From the NCBI GenBank assembly GCA_903907615.1, contig CAIVOR010000369.1, positions 1-31,457 of the forward strand: a DNA stretch of 31,457 bases, in the 5' to 3' direction. This document shows positions 18,601-25,802 of this stretch, piece after piece. Position numbers and translations under genes: made by a program. The stretch comes from an uncultured Microbacteriaceae bacterium (lineage in GTDB: Bacteria; Actinomycetota; Actinomycetes; Actinomycetales; Microbacteriaceae). Under the pieces are notes generated by a model that ran no database searches, was not told the origin of the DNA, and saw only the letters and a program-made list of their open reading frames with translations. The stretch's first letter is position 1. Each line of letters starts with the position of its first letter.

Positions 18601-21203
18601 TCTCGAGGGCGGACCGTGATACTCACCACGCCAGTGGCCCATGCGCCGTTATCGGCGATCACGCGATAAGCGGCCGAGTAGGTGCCCGCTTCCGTCGGAG
18701 CAAGGTAACGCAGCTGGTTTGTCGTCGCGAACAGGAGGCCGGCACCCTCCGGTACCTGCTGGTCGAGCTGTGGCGCGAGGGTAAGCACACCCCCCGACGG
18801 GTGTATGTCGTTGGCGAGCACGGGGATGTCCACCACGCCTCCCGCCCGGACCGTTGCGGAATCGGGCACCGCGATCGGAGGAAGAGCCATGGTGGGCGCG
18901 ATCGCTTCGACGACCGCAACCTGCCCCTCGGCGGTGGCGACACCGTTTGTGACCCGATACGAAATGGTGTGCACTCCGGTCAGCGGGCGCAGGAGCGTGA
19001 CCCGAATCAGGTGGTAGTCCACCACCTCGGCCCGAACGTCGGCGGTATTTCCCCCCGCACTGAGACCCGTGACCACGAGCACGCCGCCCGCTGGATCGAC
19101 GTCGGTGGCCGTCACATCAACGGTCCTCGTCTGTTGCAGGCCCACAACGATCTGGTGCGCGGCGGTGATCGGTACGGCGCTGGCGTTGGGTCGCTCCACC
19201 ACATCAACGCGTACGAGACCCGAACCGTTGCTGCGCCCATCCGTCACGGCGTAGCTCACGTAGTAGGTGCCGATACGGGAGGGCGTCACACTAAACGTGA
19301 AGTCGTCAAAGTGCGGAACGATGTCCAGGCCAGAAACGCTGGGCACACCGGTCAGGGTGACGGCGCTCGCCCCGCCTCGGACGTGTTCAGCGGGGGAAAT
19401 CGTGAGAGCCTCATCGGGATAAGCCATAACGGCAAAGGGGTCCGCGCGCACGGGAACCGCTGAACCGGGCTTGACCGCGACCGCCACCGAGCCGAATCCG
19501 CTGGCCACGCCATCGGACACCTCGAGATCAATCCGGACGGCGCTGCTCGAGGCACCGGAGTCGATATAGGAGAGCCGGCCACCGGGCGTGAAGCTCACGA
19601 CACCGGCCGAACTCGTGGTCGCTTGGGCCAGATGGATCGGGTCTCCGTCCGGGTCCATCCAATCGCCCAGCACACTCAGTGTTGTCTGGCCGCCGGAAGC
19701 AACATCCGCTTCGGTCTGCCGTACCTGAACGGGAGCCGAGTTTTCTCCGTCGCTTCGCACGGTAACCGTCACAAATGCGCTCGCCTGCCCCCCGCGTCCG
19801 TCGTTGATTGTGTACGCAAACTCCACCGTTCCCGCCGCCTCGGGGGTCAAGAAAATGCGCACCGACGTTCGATCCGGCGCAACATCCACCGTTCCGGAAG
19901 TGGTGGGTACGGGCGATACGTCCGTGACCACGAGCACATCCCCGTTGGGATCGAAGTCGTTGAGGAGCACGGGAAGGAAAGAGATACGGCCGGGGCGAGC
20001 GCCAAACGCGTCGTCGCGGGCCACGGGCGGTTGCGGCTGCGGGTCGAGGGTTTCGGTACCCGAGTTATCGGCCACCACGGTTTGTTCGGTGTTCTGCTGG
20101 CTGAGGAGGTCATCCCAGTTGTCGATGAGGTGGACACCGTCTTGCAGCGTCCACGAGGCACCGGTCTGAACATCGTTGAGCGCCAGCACCCCGGCCCGCT
20201 CACGAATCTGCAGGGTGGCGCCCGTGGCCATCCCGTCGGCCTCAATGGTCACGGGATCCATGCCCGGACACTGCGTAAAGACGGCGCCCTGAGACCAGGC
20301 GGCAAAGAGGCAGCCGTCCTGCTCGCGCGGAGAAGCGGGCCGCCCCAGGGAGCCCTGGGTAAGGAGGGGCGTCACGCCACCGCCGAGCGACACCCGTGTC
20401 AACCCTCCCGTGAAAGCCACGATGGCGTCGGTGGCACTGCGCGATGGCTGGGCCAGCACGGCCTGATCGGGCGTGATGTCACTATCTGCCAGGTTCACCT
20501 GACGACCCGGGAGAAAGAGAGTGCCCGCAGTTGCGTCGAGTACCGCCCAGGCACTGCCCACCACTGTCACGCTCACCTGCTCCACCGAGAGCGGCGTCGG
20601 GAGGGAGACGGTCTGTGGAGCGGTCGCCTGCGAGACGTCGACGGTGGTGACCGTTGAGTCCTTCACGCTCACACCCACGAGCAGTCCATCGGGCTCCACG
20701 GCTATCTGTGACTTCGGACCCACGGAGAACCGCGCCGGAGTGCGGGCATCGAATGTCCCGATGGACTTGAGCGGCACCACCCACACATCACCGGTCTCGG
20801 TGGCGTGCATGACAACGAAATCGTTGATCAGTTGCACCTCGGTGGCGCCTGCGGGAAGTGCCACGGGCGTGAGGAGTGTGTTTGTGCGTTCATCGACCGG
20901 CGTGATGGTGTGCTTGGCATCGTTCACCAAAAAGACCGAGGACGGCGACTGCAGAACGTCGATGAGATCGGTCTGGGCGGGCACAATACTTCCGAGCTGC
21001 TGGATGCGTGTGTTGGCCCGACCCAATGCCTCGCGTTCTTGACTGGTCACCCACACGGCACCGTCGGTGGCCGTGACCCGGGCTGCCGAAAAACCGGAAG
21101 CAAGCACGATTCCGACGATGAGCGCAAGAACGGCCACCACGGACACCAGTGCCGGAACGAGACTCCGGAGGCGTCGTGTGGTCGAACCCGCCGCGCCGCT
21201 CAC
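15618..21203 (-). CDS. Giant surface protein (1861 aa): N-terminal signal/anchor, beta-rich N-domain, about 11 Ig/cadherin-like repeats, about 3 fibronectin type III domains
   Basis: N-terminal TM VPALVSVVAVLALIVGIVLA; repeats such as PVARDD...VLLNDFDPNGD, PIAVPDSATV...VLAND, APDTVVV...PLANDSDP, PQADTATV...DVLAND; FN3 VPDAPTTP...LSWAAP...YRFQVVAVNAVG; paired Cys. Confidence 0.9.
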   Translation of the reverse strand: MSGAAGSTTRRLRSLVPALVSVVAVLALIVGIVLASGFSAARVTATDGAVWVTSQEREALGRANTRIQQLGSIVPAQTDLIDVLQSPSSVFLVNDAKHTITPVDERTNTLLTPVALPAGATEVQLINDFVVMHATETGDVWVVPLKSIGTFDARTPARFSVGPKSQIAVEPDGLLVGVSVKDSTVTTVDVSQATAPQTVSLPTPLSVEQVSVTVVGSAWAVLDATAGTLFLPGRQVNLADSDITPDQAVLAQPSRSATDAIVAFTGGLTRVSLGGGVTPLLTQGSLGRPASPREQDGCLFAAWSQGAVFTQCPGMDPVTIEADGMATGATLQIRERAGVLALNDVQTGASWTLQDGVHLIDNWDDLLSQQNTEQTVVADNSGTETLDPQPQPPVARDDAFGARPGRISFLPVLLNDFDPNGDVLVVTDVSPVPTTSGTVDVAPDRTSVRIFLTPEAAGTVEFAYTINDGRGGQASAFVTVTVRSDGENSAPVQVRQTEADVASGGQTTLSVLGDWMDPDGDPIHLAQATTSSAGVVSFTPGGRLSYIDSGASSSAVRIDLEVSDGVASGFGSVAVAVKPGSAVPVRADPFAVMAYPDEALTISPAEHVRGGASAVTLTGVPSVSGLDIVPHFDDFTFSVTPSRIGTYYVSYAVTDGRSNGSGLVRVDVVERPNASAVPITAAHQIVVGLQQTRTVDVTATDVDPAGGVLVVTGLSAGGNTADVRAEVVDYHLIRVTLLRPLTGVHTISYRVTNGVATAEGQVAVVEAIAPTMALPPIAVPDSATVRAGGVVDIPVLANDIHPSGGVLTLAPQLDQQVPEGAGLLFATTNQLRYLAPTEAGTYSAAYRVIADNGAWATGVVSITVRPRDAASNRAPQPPTITARVVAGTTVRIPVPLGKADPDGDNVQLAGLASNPTKGAVTSVGAEWIEYEAGPYASETDVFEYSVMDGFGAEASGTIRVGIATESTGSSSPSAAPDTVVVRPGRTIVVDPLANDSDPARRTLTVTSVEPTTPDVTATIVANQVHITVPDTPGTYGLIYEIANDVAGTASSFITLDVRADAPLNAPVLSDSVVALSEILTRGEVVVDVLANGFWADGDIRTLTPSIVPGYPGNARVESGSKIRVTVGEKSQVIPFSVTHPDDPTIVSYAFVWVPGTDDARPQVKLGTKPISVQSEQTVRININDYVTAAGGKQVRLTSTDTVRATHANGDALAVDDRTIEFTSENLYFGPASLSFEVTDGSSADDPNGRRAVIVLPIQVTPRGNQPPILQDTQIDLEPDSTKKIDLVKITRYPYAKNVGELSFALRGNTDGITTVVEGTELTITAAPGVAKGSRLALEVTPSDAENQGKAGTVLITIVPSTRPLPVPQADTATVRRGSSVEVDVLANDQASNPFPKTPLRVIAVRGTDAADLPEGVTVLPSPDKSRLNVVVAESARAADVTLQYEVADATDDPDRYAWGVITIAIQDVPDAPTTPVRAAGFVNGELTLSWAAPAGNNSPISDYIVTSDGGYTHTCAATVCTLDGLPTGAKYRFQVVAVNAVGSSAPSPWSEPLGADRSPPAPAEVTASVVAFTSAHPAGGGIDVSWSAVTAPAGASPVSGYRVEIYEDGGLVADLRAAANDTSIPTFWGRAGAAYSVRVAAVNDSDTFDWNWQTSATVTAAGPPVWGGGLSVDASGLNLSWSAADRRGSPDAPTYYVWRSSSEMSATCPADPVTGATDSTTSTSWSDATTLADGTYWFAVYAVTPWGCAGDVTSVTVTTAPGTASYDSASLTAVDATTTRITVVTPTVDSAAALVATWQVLVGSTWVDLIPDVTTSGSFIYDAVTLDLTDPFTITVRGCTAEGVCGAPGGSTIVPVPTFGG

Positions 21204-22162
21204 GCCCTACCTCGACGACGCCACGGTCGGCGCCGATCGGGAACAACGTTCGCGAGCTGTGTCTCCCCCCCCGTGGGATCAACGGCATCAAAGTAAAGGG
21301 GCACATCAATCTGTGTTTGCGAAATCCCCAATTCCGCTTCGATCGACTGAAGGTCGCGCGCCAGGGCCAAGGCCGACAGCGGGCGTGTCAGGGGGTCGGG
21401 TGACAGGCCGCGCTCGAGCAGTCGGCGCAGCGAATCGGGAACATCCACCCGATCGATGTCGGTCGGTTTGCCCTTGAGGATACGCCCGGCGATAACTCCA
21501 GGTGCGTTGTCGCGACCCGGGCGCTCGAACGGCGTGCGCTGAGCCAGCAACGAAAACAGCGTGGCGACCAACGAGAAAATGTCGGTGGCCACCGTTCCGG
21601 TCGTGTGCTGGGCGATAATTTCGGGAGCCGACCACGGCACGCTCAAGCCCTGTGCATCCCCGCGATCCGACGCGGCCACCGTGGCGGCGATGCCAAAGTC
21701 ACTGAGCACCGAGTGCCCGTAGGTGGTGAACAGGATGTTGGCGGGCTTCACGTCGCGGTGGAGCACGTTGGCGCGGTGTGCGGTTTCCAACGCCGACGCC
21801 ATCCGCACGCCCGTCCGCAGTACCTCAGCGACCGGGATTCGTGTCGTGCGGTAGGTGTCGCCGAAGCCCGACGGACAAAACTCCATCACGAGGTAGAGAC
21901 GACCGTCAGCGGCCACCCCCGCGTCAAAGACCGTGAGGATGGCCGGATGCGTGCTCACGTGTGCCATAAGACGAGACTCGGCCACAAACATTTGAGTTGC
22001 CCGAGGATTTACTGCATCCGACAGCAGTACTTTCACCGCTACCTGGCGCCGAGGCAGATCCTGCTCGTAGAGAAAGACATCGGCAAAACCTCCCGAGCCG
22101 AGCGCACGCACGAACGAAAACCCGTTGAGAACCGGTGGATCCGTGGGAATGCGCCGAGACAC
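21200..22162 (-). CDS. Hanks-type Ser/Thr protein kinase, cytoplasmic (no TM or sensor domain)
   Basis: LGSGGFADV, VAVK, HRDVKPAN, DFGIA, PWSAPE, DIFSL; ends with a basic tail PDRRRPWRRRGRA. Confidence 0.95.
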   Translation of the reverse strand: MSRRIPTDPPVLNGFSFVRALGSGGFADVFLYEQDLPRRQVAVKVLLSDAVNPRATQMFVAESRLMAHVSTHPAILTVFDAGVAADGRLYLVMEFCPSGFGDTYRTTRIPVAEVLRTGVRMASALETAHRANVLHRDVKPANILFTTYGHSVLSDFGIAATVAASDRGDAQGLSVPWSAPEIIAQHTTGTVATDIFSLVATLFSLLAQRTPFERPGRDNAPGVIAGRILKGKPTDIDRVDVPDSLRRLLERGLSPDPLTRPLSALALARDLQSIEAELGISQTQIDVPLYFDAVDPTGGETQLANVVPDRRRPWRRRGRA

Positions 22163-22166
22163 GAGA

Positions 22167-22967
22167 TTAGCCCATCTGACCGGGCGGAGTTACGGCGAGC
22201 ACATCAATCACGATGACGGTGATGTTGTCGCGGCCACTGTTTCCCAGCGCGTGCTTCAGCAACTCGCTGGCGGCTTCGTCAGCGGTAGCCGTGGATTCGA
22301 GAAAATGCTCGATTCCCACATCGGTGATTTCCTTGGTGAGCCCATCGGAGCACAACAACAAGCGCGAGCCGGCGGAAACCGGCACCATGTCGACGTCGGG
22401 AATCGGTGGCTCCATCAGTCCCACGGCCCGTGTGATCACATTCGCATGCGGGTGGATGTCTGCTTCGTCGCGCGTAATGGAGCCGGCGTCGACCAGTTGC
22501 TGGACGACCGAGTGGTCACGCGTGAGTTGCTCCAGCTCACCGTCAACCAGGGCGTAGACGCGCGAATCCCCGATGTTGAAAACCGCCCACTCGAGTCCGC
22601 TCTTCGACAGCACCAAGGCAGCGCCCGTGACCGTGGTACCGGCCGAGCGCTGGTCATCGGTGACCTGTTTGCCCAGATCGTCGACGGCGCGTTCGAGGGC
22701 CGGCTGGATGTCGTCGATGCGGGCAAAACCGTCGCTGACGAGTTCCGCCAAGCGTGTGACGACGGCTCCACTCGCAAGATCACCGGCCGAATGTCCCCCC
22801 ATGCCGTCGGCCACGGCAAACACCGGGCAGGCGACGACAAAGCTGTCCTCGTTAGCTGAGCGGTGCAGTCCGACATCGGTCGCCGCTGCCCACGAAATGG
22901 TGACCGTGGCGCCGGTAGCGGAATCGCGCACGGTGTGCCCCGTGGTGTTGACTCCGATGGCGGTCAC
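22167..22967 (-). CDS. PP2C/PPM family Ser/Thr phosphatase
   Basis: TDVGLHRSANEDS, VADGMGGH, GTT, IGDSRVY, QLTRDHS, LLCSDGL, DNIT. Confidence 0.95.
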   Translation of the reverse strand: MTAIGVNTTGHTVRDSATGATVTISWAAATDVGLHRSANEDSFVVACPVFAVADGMGGHSAGDLASGAVVTRLAELVSDGFARIDDIQPALERAVDDLGKQVTDDQRSAGTTVTGAALVLSKSGLEWAVFNIGDSRVYALVDGELEQLTRDHSVVQQLVDAGSITRDEADIHPHANVITRAVGLMEPPIPDVDMVPVSAGSRLLLCSDGLTKEITDVGIEHFLESTATADEAASELLKHALGNSGRDNITVIVIDVLAVTPPGQMG

Positions 22968-23011
22968 GAACAGTCACTCCCCTAAAGATGAGATGCCCCC
23001 GCTGCGAGGCC

Positions 23012-23557
23012 TCAGGCGTGAGGTGCCGGTTCAGCGGGGATCACCATAATTCTACCGCTGTGCCCAAATTCCACGGTTGCCTCGCCGGTCGTCGTGTAGG
23101 TCTCTCGCGAACCGAGGCGTCGCGGAGTCTGGCCCGGCACGCGCACGCGTGTTCCGTTGGCCGACCCGAGGTCGGTCACGACGACGCCGAGCCCTACCTG
23201 CTCGAGCATCACATGCGACGCCGACACTTCCCGATCGTCGCTCGGCCACGAGAGCAGCAACACCCGGTCGTTGGGGCCCAACGGCGTGCGCGGAGCGCGC
23301 CCCAGCACGATGGGGCGGTGCAGCGTGAACTCCTGACCGCCGGGCTCACGCAGTCGCGCGCAGGCGTCCGGATTCGGCGCGCTCGAGACTCGGGACACCA
23401 GCGACACCTCGGACAGGTCATCAACGACGCGACCTCCGCCCGGGGATGCGCCCGCGAGGATTGTCGATTCCTCGATGATCACGGTGTCGTCCGGAGGACT
23501 CATCCGGGTCGATTCGGTGCTCAGTCGGGTCGCGTCATCCCACTCGTCGCCCACCAT
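23012..23557 (-). CDS. FHA domain protein with an acidic Thr-rich N-terminal extension
   Basis: FHA motifs VLGRAP...VSASH...TDLGSANGT. Confidence 0.88.
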   Translation of the reverse strand: MVGDEWDDATRLSTESTRMSPPDDTVIIEESTILAGASPGGGRVVDDLSEVSLVSRVSSAPNPDACARLREPGGQEFTLHRPIVLGRAPRTPLGPNDRVLLLSWPSDDREVSASHVMLEQVGLGVVVTDLGSANGTRVRVPGQTPRRLGSRETYTTTGEATVEFGHSGRIMVIPAEPAPHA

Positions 23558-23563
23558 GTACCT

Positions 23564-23569
23564 ACTTTA
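23564..23569 (-). promoter_or_regulatory. Putative -10 element (TAAAGT) heading the nine-gene operon (leaderless)
   Basis: TAAAGT-aggtac-ATG(23557). Confidence 0.6.
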
Positions 23570-23595
23570 TTGCGCGGCAGACTCCGCATGTTTAT

Positions 23596-23624
23596 TTGCT
23601 TGCCATCACGGGGCTTGGCAGAAT
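23596..23624 (+). promoter_or_regulatory. Putative sigma70-type promoter of the aminotransferase gene (TTGCTT-N17-CAGAAT)
   Basis: -35 at 23596-23601 and -10 at 23619-23624 with a 17-nt spacer; SD GGAG upstream of ATG 23673. Confidence 0.5.
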
Positions 23625-23672
23625 CAAGGGAAGCGGAACGGCCCCGCGACCCACGCAGGCCGACGGAGAAAA

Positions 23673-25103
23673 ATGACCCTCGAGACCCACCACAGCGTTG
23701 CCCTCGATCACAACGGCGTTCTGAGCGGTGATTTTCGCCACGACAACGATGCCCTCCAGGCCAAGGCGCGTGACCACCTGTGGATGCACTTCACCCGTCA
23801 GTCCAACATGCACGAGATGGGCGTTCCCATCATCGTGCGCGGCGAGGGTCACACGATTTACGACACTCAGGGGCGTTCGTACATCGACGGACTCTCGGGT
23901 TTGTTCACCGTCAACGCGGGTCACGGACGCCGCCGCTTGGCGGAAGCCGCCGCACGGCAGATGGAAGAGCTCGCCTACTTCCCCATCTGGTCATACGCTC
24001 ACCCGTCTGCCATCGAGCTTGCCGACCGCCTCGCCGACTACGCGCCCGGCGACCTGAACCGCGTCTTTTTTGCGACCGGCGGTGGTGAGGCGAACGAGAC
24101 GGCGTGGAAGTTGGCCAAGCAGTATTGGAAGCTTCAGGGTAAGCCCCTGAAGACCAAAGTGATTGCCCGCGAAGTGGCGTATCACGGCACGCCTCAGGGT
24201 GCTCTATCCATCACCGGAATTCCGGCCATGAAGCAGATGTTCGAGCCCCTCGTGCCCTCGGCGCACCACGTTCCGAATACCGACTTCTATCGCGCCCCCG
24301 AGCACGGCGATGATCTGATCGCGTTCGGCCAGTGGGCTGCCAATCAGATCGAACAGGCCATTCTGAGCGAGGGGCCCGACACCGTGGCGGCGGTCTTCCT
24401 CGAGCCGGTGCAGAACGCGGGCGGATGCCTCACGCCACCGCCCGGCTACTTCCAGCGTGTTCGCGAAATTTGCGACAAGTACGAGGTGCTCCTCGTGAGC
24501 GACGAGGTCATCTGCGCGTTCGGACGCATCGGCAACATGTTTGCCTGCACCACCTATGACTTCGTGCCCGACATGATTACGTGCGCCAAGGCCATGACCA
24601 GCGGCTACTCCCCCATTGCCGCCACCATCATCTCCGACCGCATCTACGAGCCATTTAGCTCGGGCAAGGTCTCCTTCCCACACGGGTACACGTTTGCCGG
24701 CCATCCGGTGTCAGCCGCTGTTGCCCTGGCCAACCTCGACATCTTCGAGGAGGAAGACCTCAACGGCAACGTGCGTCGCAACAGCCCTCTTCTGCGCGCC
24801 GAGCTCGAGACGCTGCTGGACAACCCCATCGTGGGTGACGTGCGTGGCGACGGCTATTTCTTTGCCGTCGAGTTCGTCAAGGACAAGGCCACCAAGCAGA
24901 CCTTCGATGCCGACGAGCGCGAACGCCTGCTGCGCGGCTTCCTGTCGACCGCCGTGTTCGATGCCGGTCTCTACTGTCGCGCCGACGACCGCGGAAACTC
25001 GGTCCTCACGATTGCGCCACCGCTCACGACCGGCCCCAAGGAGTTCGCCGAGATGCGCGAGATTCTGAGCGACGTTCTCACGCGCGCGCTCGAGGTCATT
25101 TAG
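23673..25103 (+). CDS. Class III PLP aminotransferase, omega-amine/putrescine:pyruvate type
   Basis: DHLWMHFT, IDGLSGLF, TGGGEANETAWKLAKQY, AYHGT, EPVQNAGG, DEVICAFGR, PLP lysine CAKAMTSGY, HGYTFAGHP; start ATG 23673 with SD (the ORF-track extension to 23475 overlaps the FHA gene). Confidence 0.88.
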   Translation: MTLETHHSVALDHNGVLSGDFRHDNDALQAKARDHLWMHFTRQSNMHEMGVPIIVRGEGHTIYDTQGRSYIDGLSGLFTVNAGHGRRRLAEAAARQMEELAYFPIWSYAHPSAIELADRLADYAPGDLNRVFFATGGGEANETAWKLAKQYWKLQGKPLKTKVIAREVAYHGTPQGALSITGIPAMKQMFEPLVPSAHHVPNTDFYRAPEHGDDLIAFGQWAANQIEQAILSEGPDTVAAVFLEPVQNAGGCLTPPPGYFQRVREICDKYEVLLVSDEVICAFGRIGNMFACTTYDFVPDMITCAKAMTSGYSPIAATIISDRIYEPFSSGKVSFPHGYTFAGHPVSAAVALANLDIFEEEDLNGNVRRNSPLLRAELETLLDNPIVGDVRGDGYFFAVEFVKDKATKQTFDADERERLLRGFLSTAVFDAGLYCRADDRGNSVLTIAPPLTTGPKEFAEMREILSDVLTRALEVI

Positions 25104-25128
25104 CAACACCTTTTCATCACGTCGGCGT

Positions 25129-25147
25129 CGGCGACCGGGGGTCGTCG
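25129..25147 (+). terminator. Short GC-rich hairpin after the aminotransferase gene (possible terminator or processing site)
   Basis: cggcgacc-ggg-ggtcgtcg: 8-bp stem with one G-U pair and no U-tract. Confidence 0.25.
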
Positions 25148-25182
25148 CGCAGCGGATGGTCGGGCAGGCACTTTCCCCCTCG

Positions 25183-25188
25183 TAGGCT
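25183..25188 (+). promoter_or_regulatory. Putative -10 element (TAGGCT) for a leaderless tspO mRNA
   Basis: TAGGCT-gagggc-ATG(25195). Confidence 0.55.
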
Positions 25189-25194
25189 GAGGGC

Positions 25195-25737
25195 ATGTGG
25201 GGAAACAAGCACGAGTATCACCCGGGGGTTTTCGGCGAACGTGAGTCCGGCCGGCGGGCCGTCGCGGGCGGCATCGCTTTCGTGGCGATTGCCTGGCTGG
25301 TGGGCATCCTCGGGTCCCTCGCCACAATCGACAACGTCACCGGATGGTACGCGAGTGCGGAGAAGGCCCCGTGGACGCCGGCAAACGAGGTCTTTGGTCC
25401 GGTCTGGTTGATTCTGTACACGGTCATGGCGGTGGCGGCATGGCTGGTCTGGCGCGAACGAGGAAGCTACTTTCGTCGCACGGCATTGGTTCTTTACGTG
25501 GTTCAGCTCGTCATCAACGCCGTGTGGACGCCCGTCTTCTTTGGCGCCTACCCTCTCTTCGGTAGCGCCGCGCTGTGGTGGGGTCTCGTCATCATCCTGC
25601 TTCTTGACGTCATGATTTTGGTGACGATGATCGCGTTTTCGCGCGTCTCGCGGGTGGCGGCGTGGCTACTGGTTCCCTACTGGATTTGGGCGCTGTACGC
25701 CACGACACTCAATGCCTATCTCGCCGTAAACAACTAA
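25195..25737 (+). CDS. tspO: TspO/MBR tryptophan-rich sensory protein
   Basis: WYASAEKAPWTPANEVFGPVWLILY, QLVINAVWTPVFFG, LLVPYWIWALYA; 5 TM helices. Confidence 0.92.
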   Translation: MWGNKHEYHPGVFGERESGRRAVAGGIAFVAIAWLVGILGSLATIDNVTGWYASAEKAPWTPANEVFGPVWLILYTVMAVAAWLVWRERGSYFRRTALVLYVVQLVINAVWTPVFFGAYPLFGSAALWWGLVIILLLDVMILVTMIAFSRVSRVAAWLLVPYWIWALYATTLNAYLAVNN

Positions 25738-25796
25738 AGGAATCCCCGACTCTCCCCATCTGGTCGGGACAGGGTGCAACCCAGTTCGTTGCCACG

Positions 25797-25802
25797 TAAC
25801 CT
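25797..25802 (+). promoter_or_regulatory. Putative -10 element (TAACCT) for a leaderless ogt-tag mRNA
   Basis: TAACCT-tggcgc-ATG(25809). Confidence 0.6.

Noticed and set aside
21265-21272. G8 homopolymer near the kinase 3' end as a possible frameshift site fusing the kinase to the giant Ig/FN3 protein
   Set aside because: The giant-protein frame has a TAG two codons upstream of its GTG start, so a slip at the G8 tract cannot give a fusion; slippage would only alter the kinase tail
7939-23557. The large operon as a mobile or genomic island
   Set aside because: No integrase, transposase, tRNA, flanking direct repeats or obvious GC shift by eye; it appears native (codon and GC statistics were not computed)
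23475-23672. N-terminal extensions in the ORF track (aminotransferase from 23475, yaaA from 27850, MFS from 1883, FHA from 11366, atpC from 28076, moxR from 15646, dxr from 5447)
   Set aside because: They overlap neighbouring genes or promoters; the downstream starts match family N-termini and/or have SD or leaderless -10 signals
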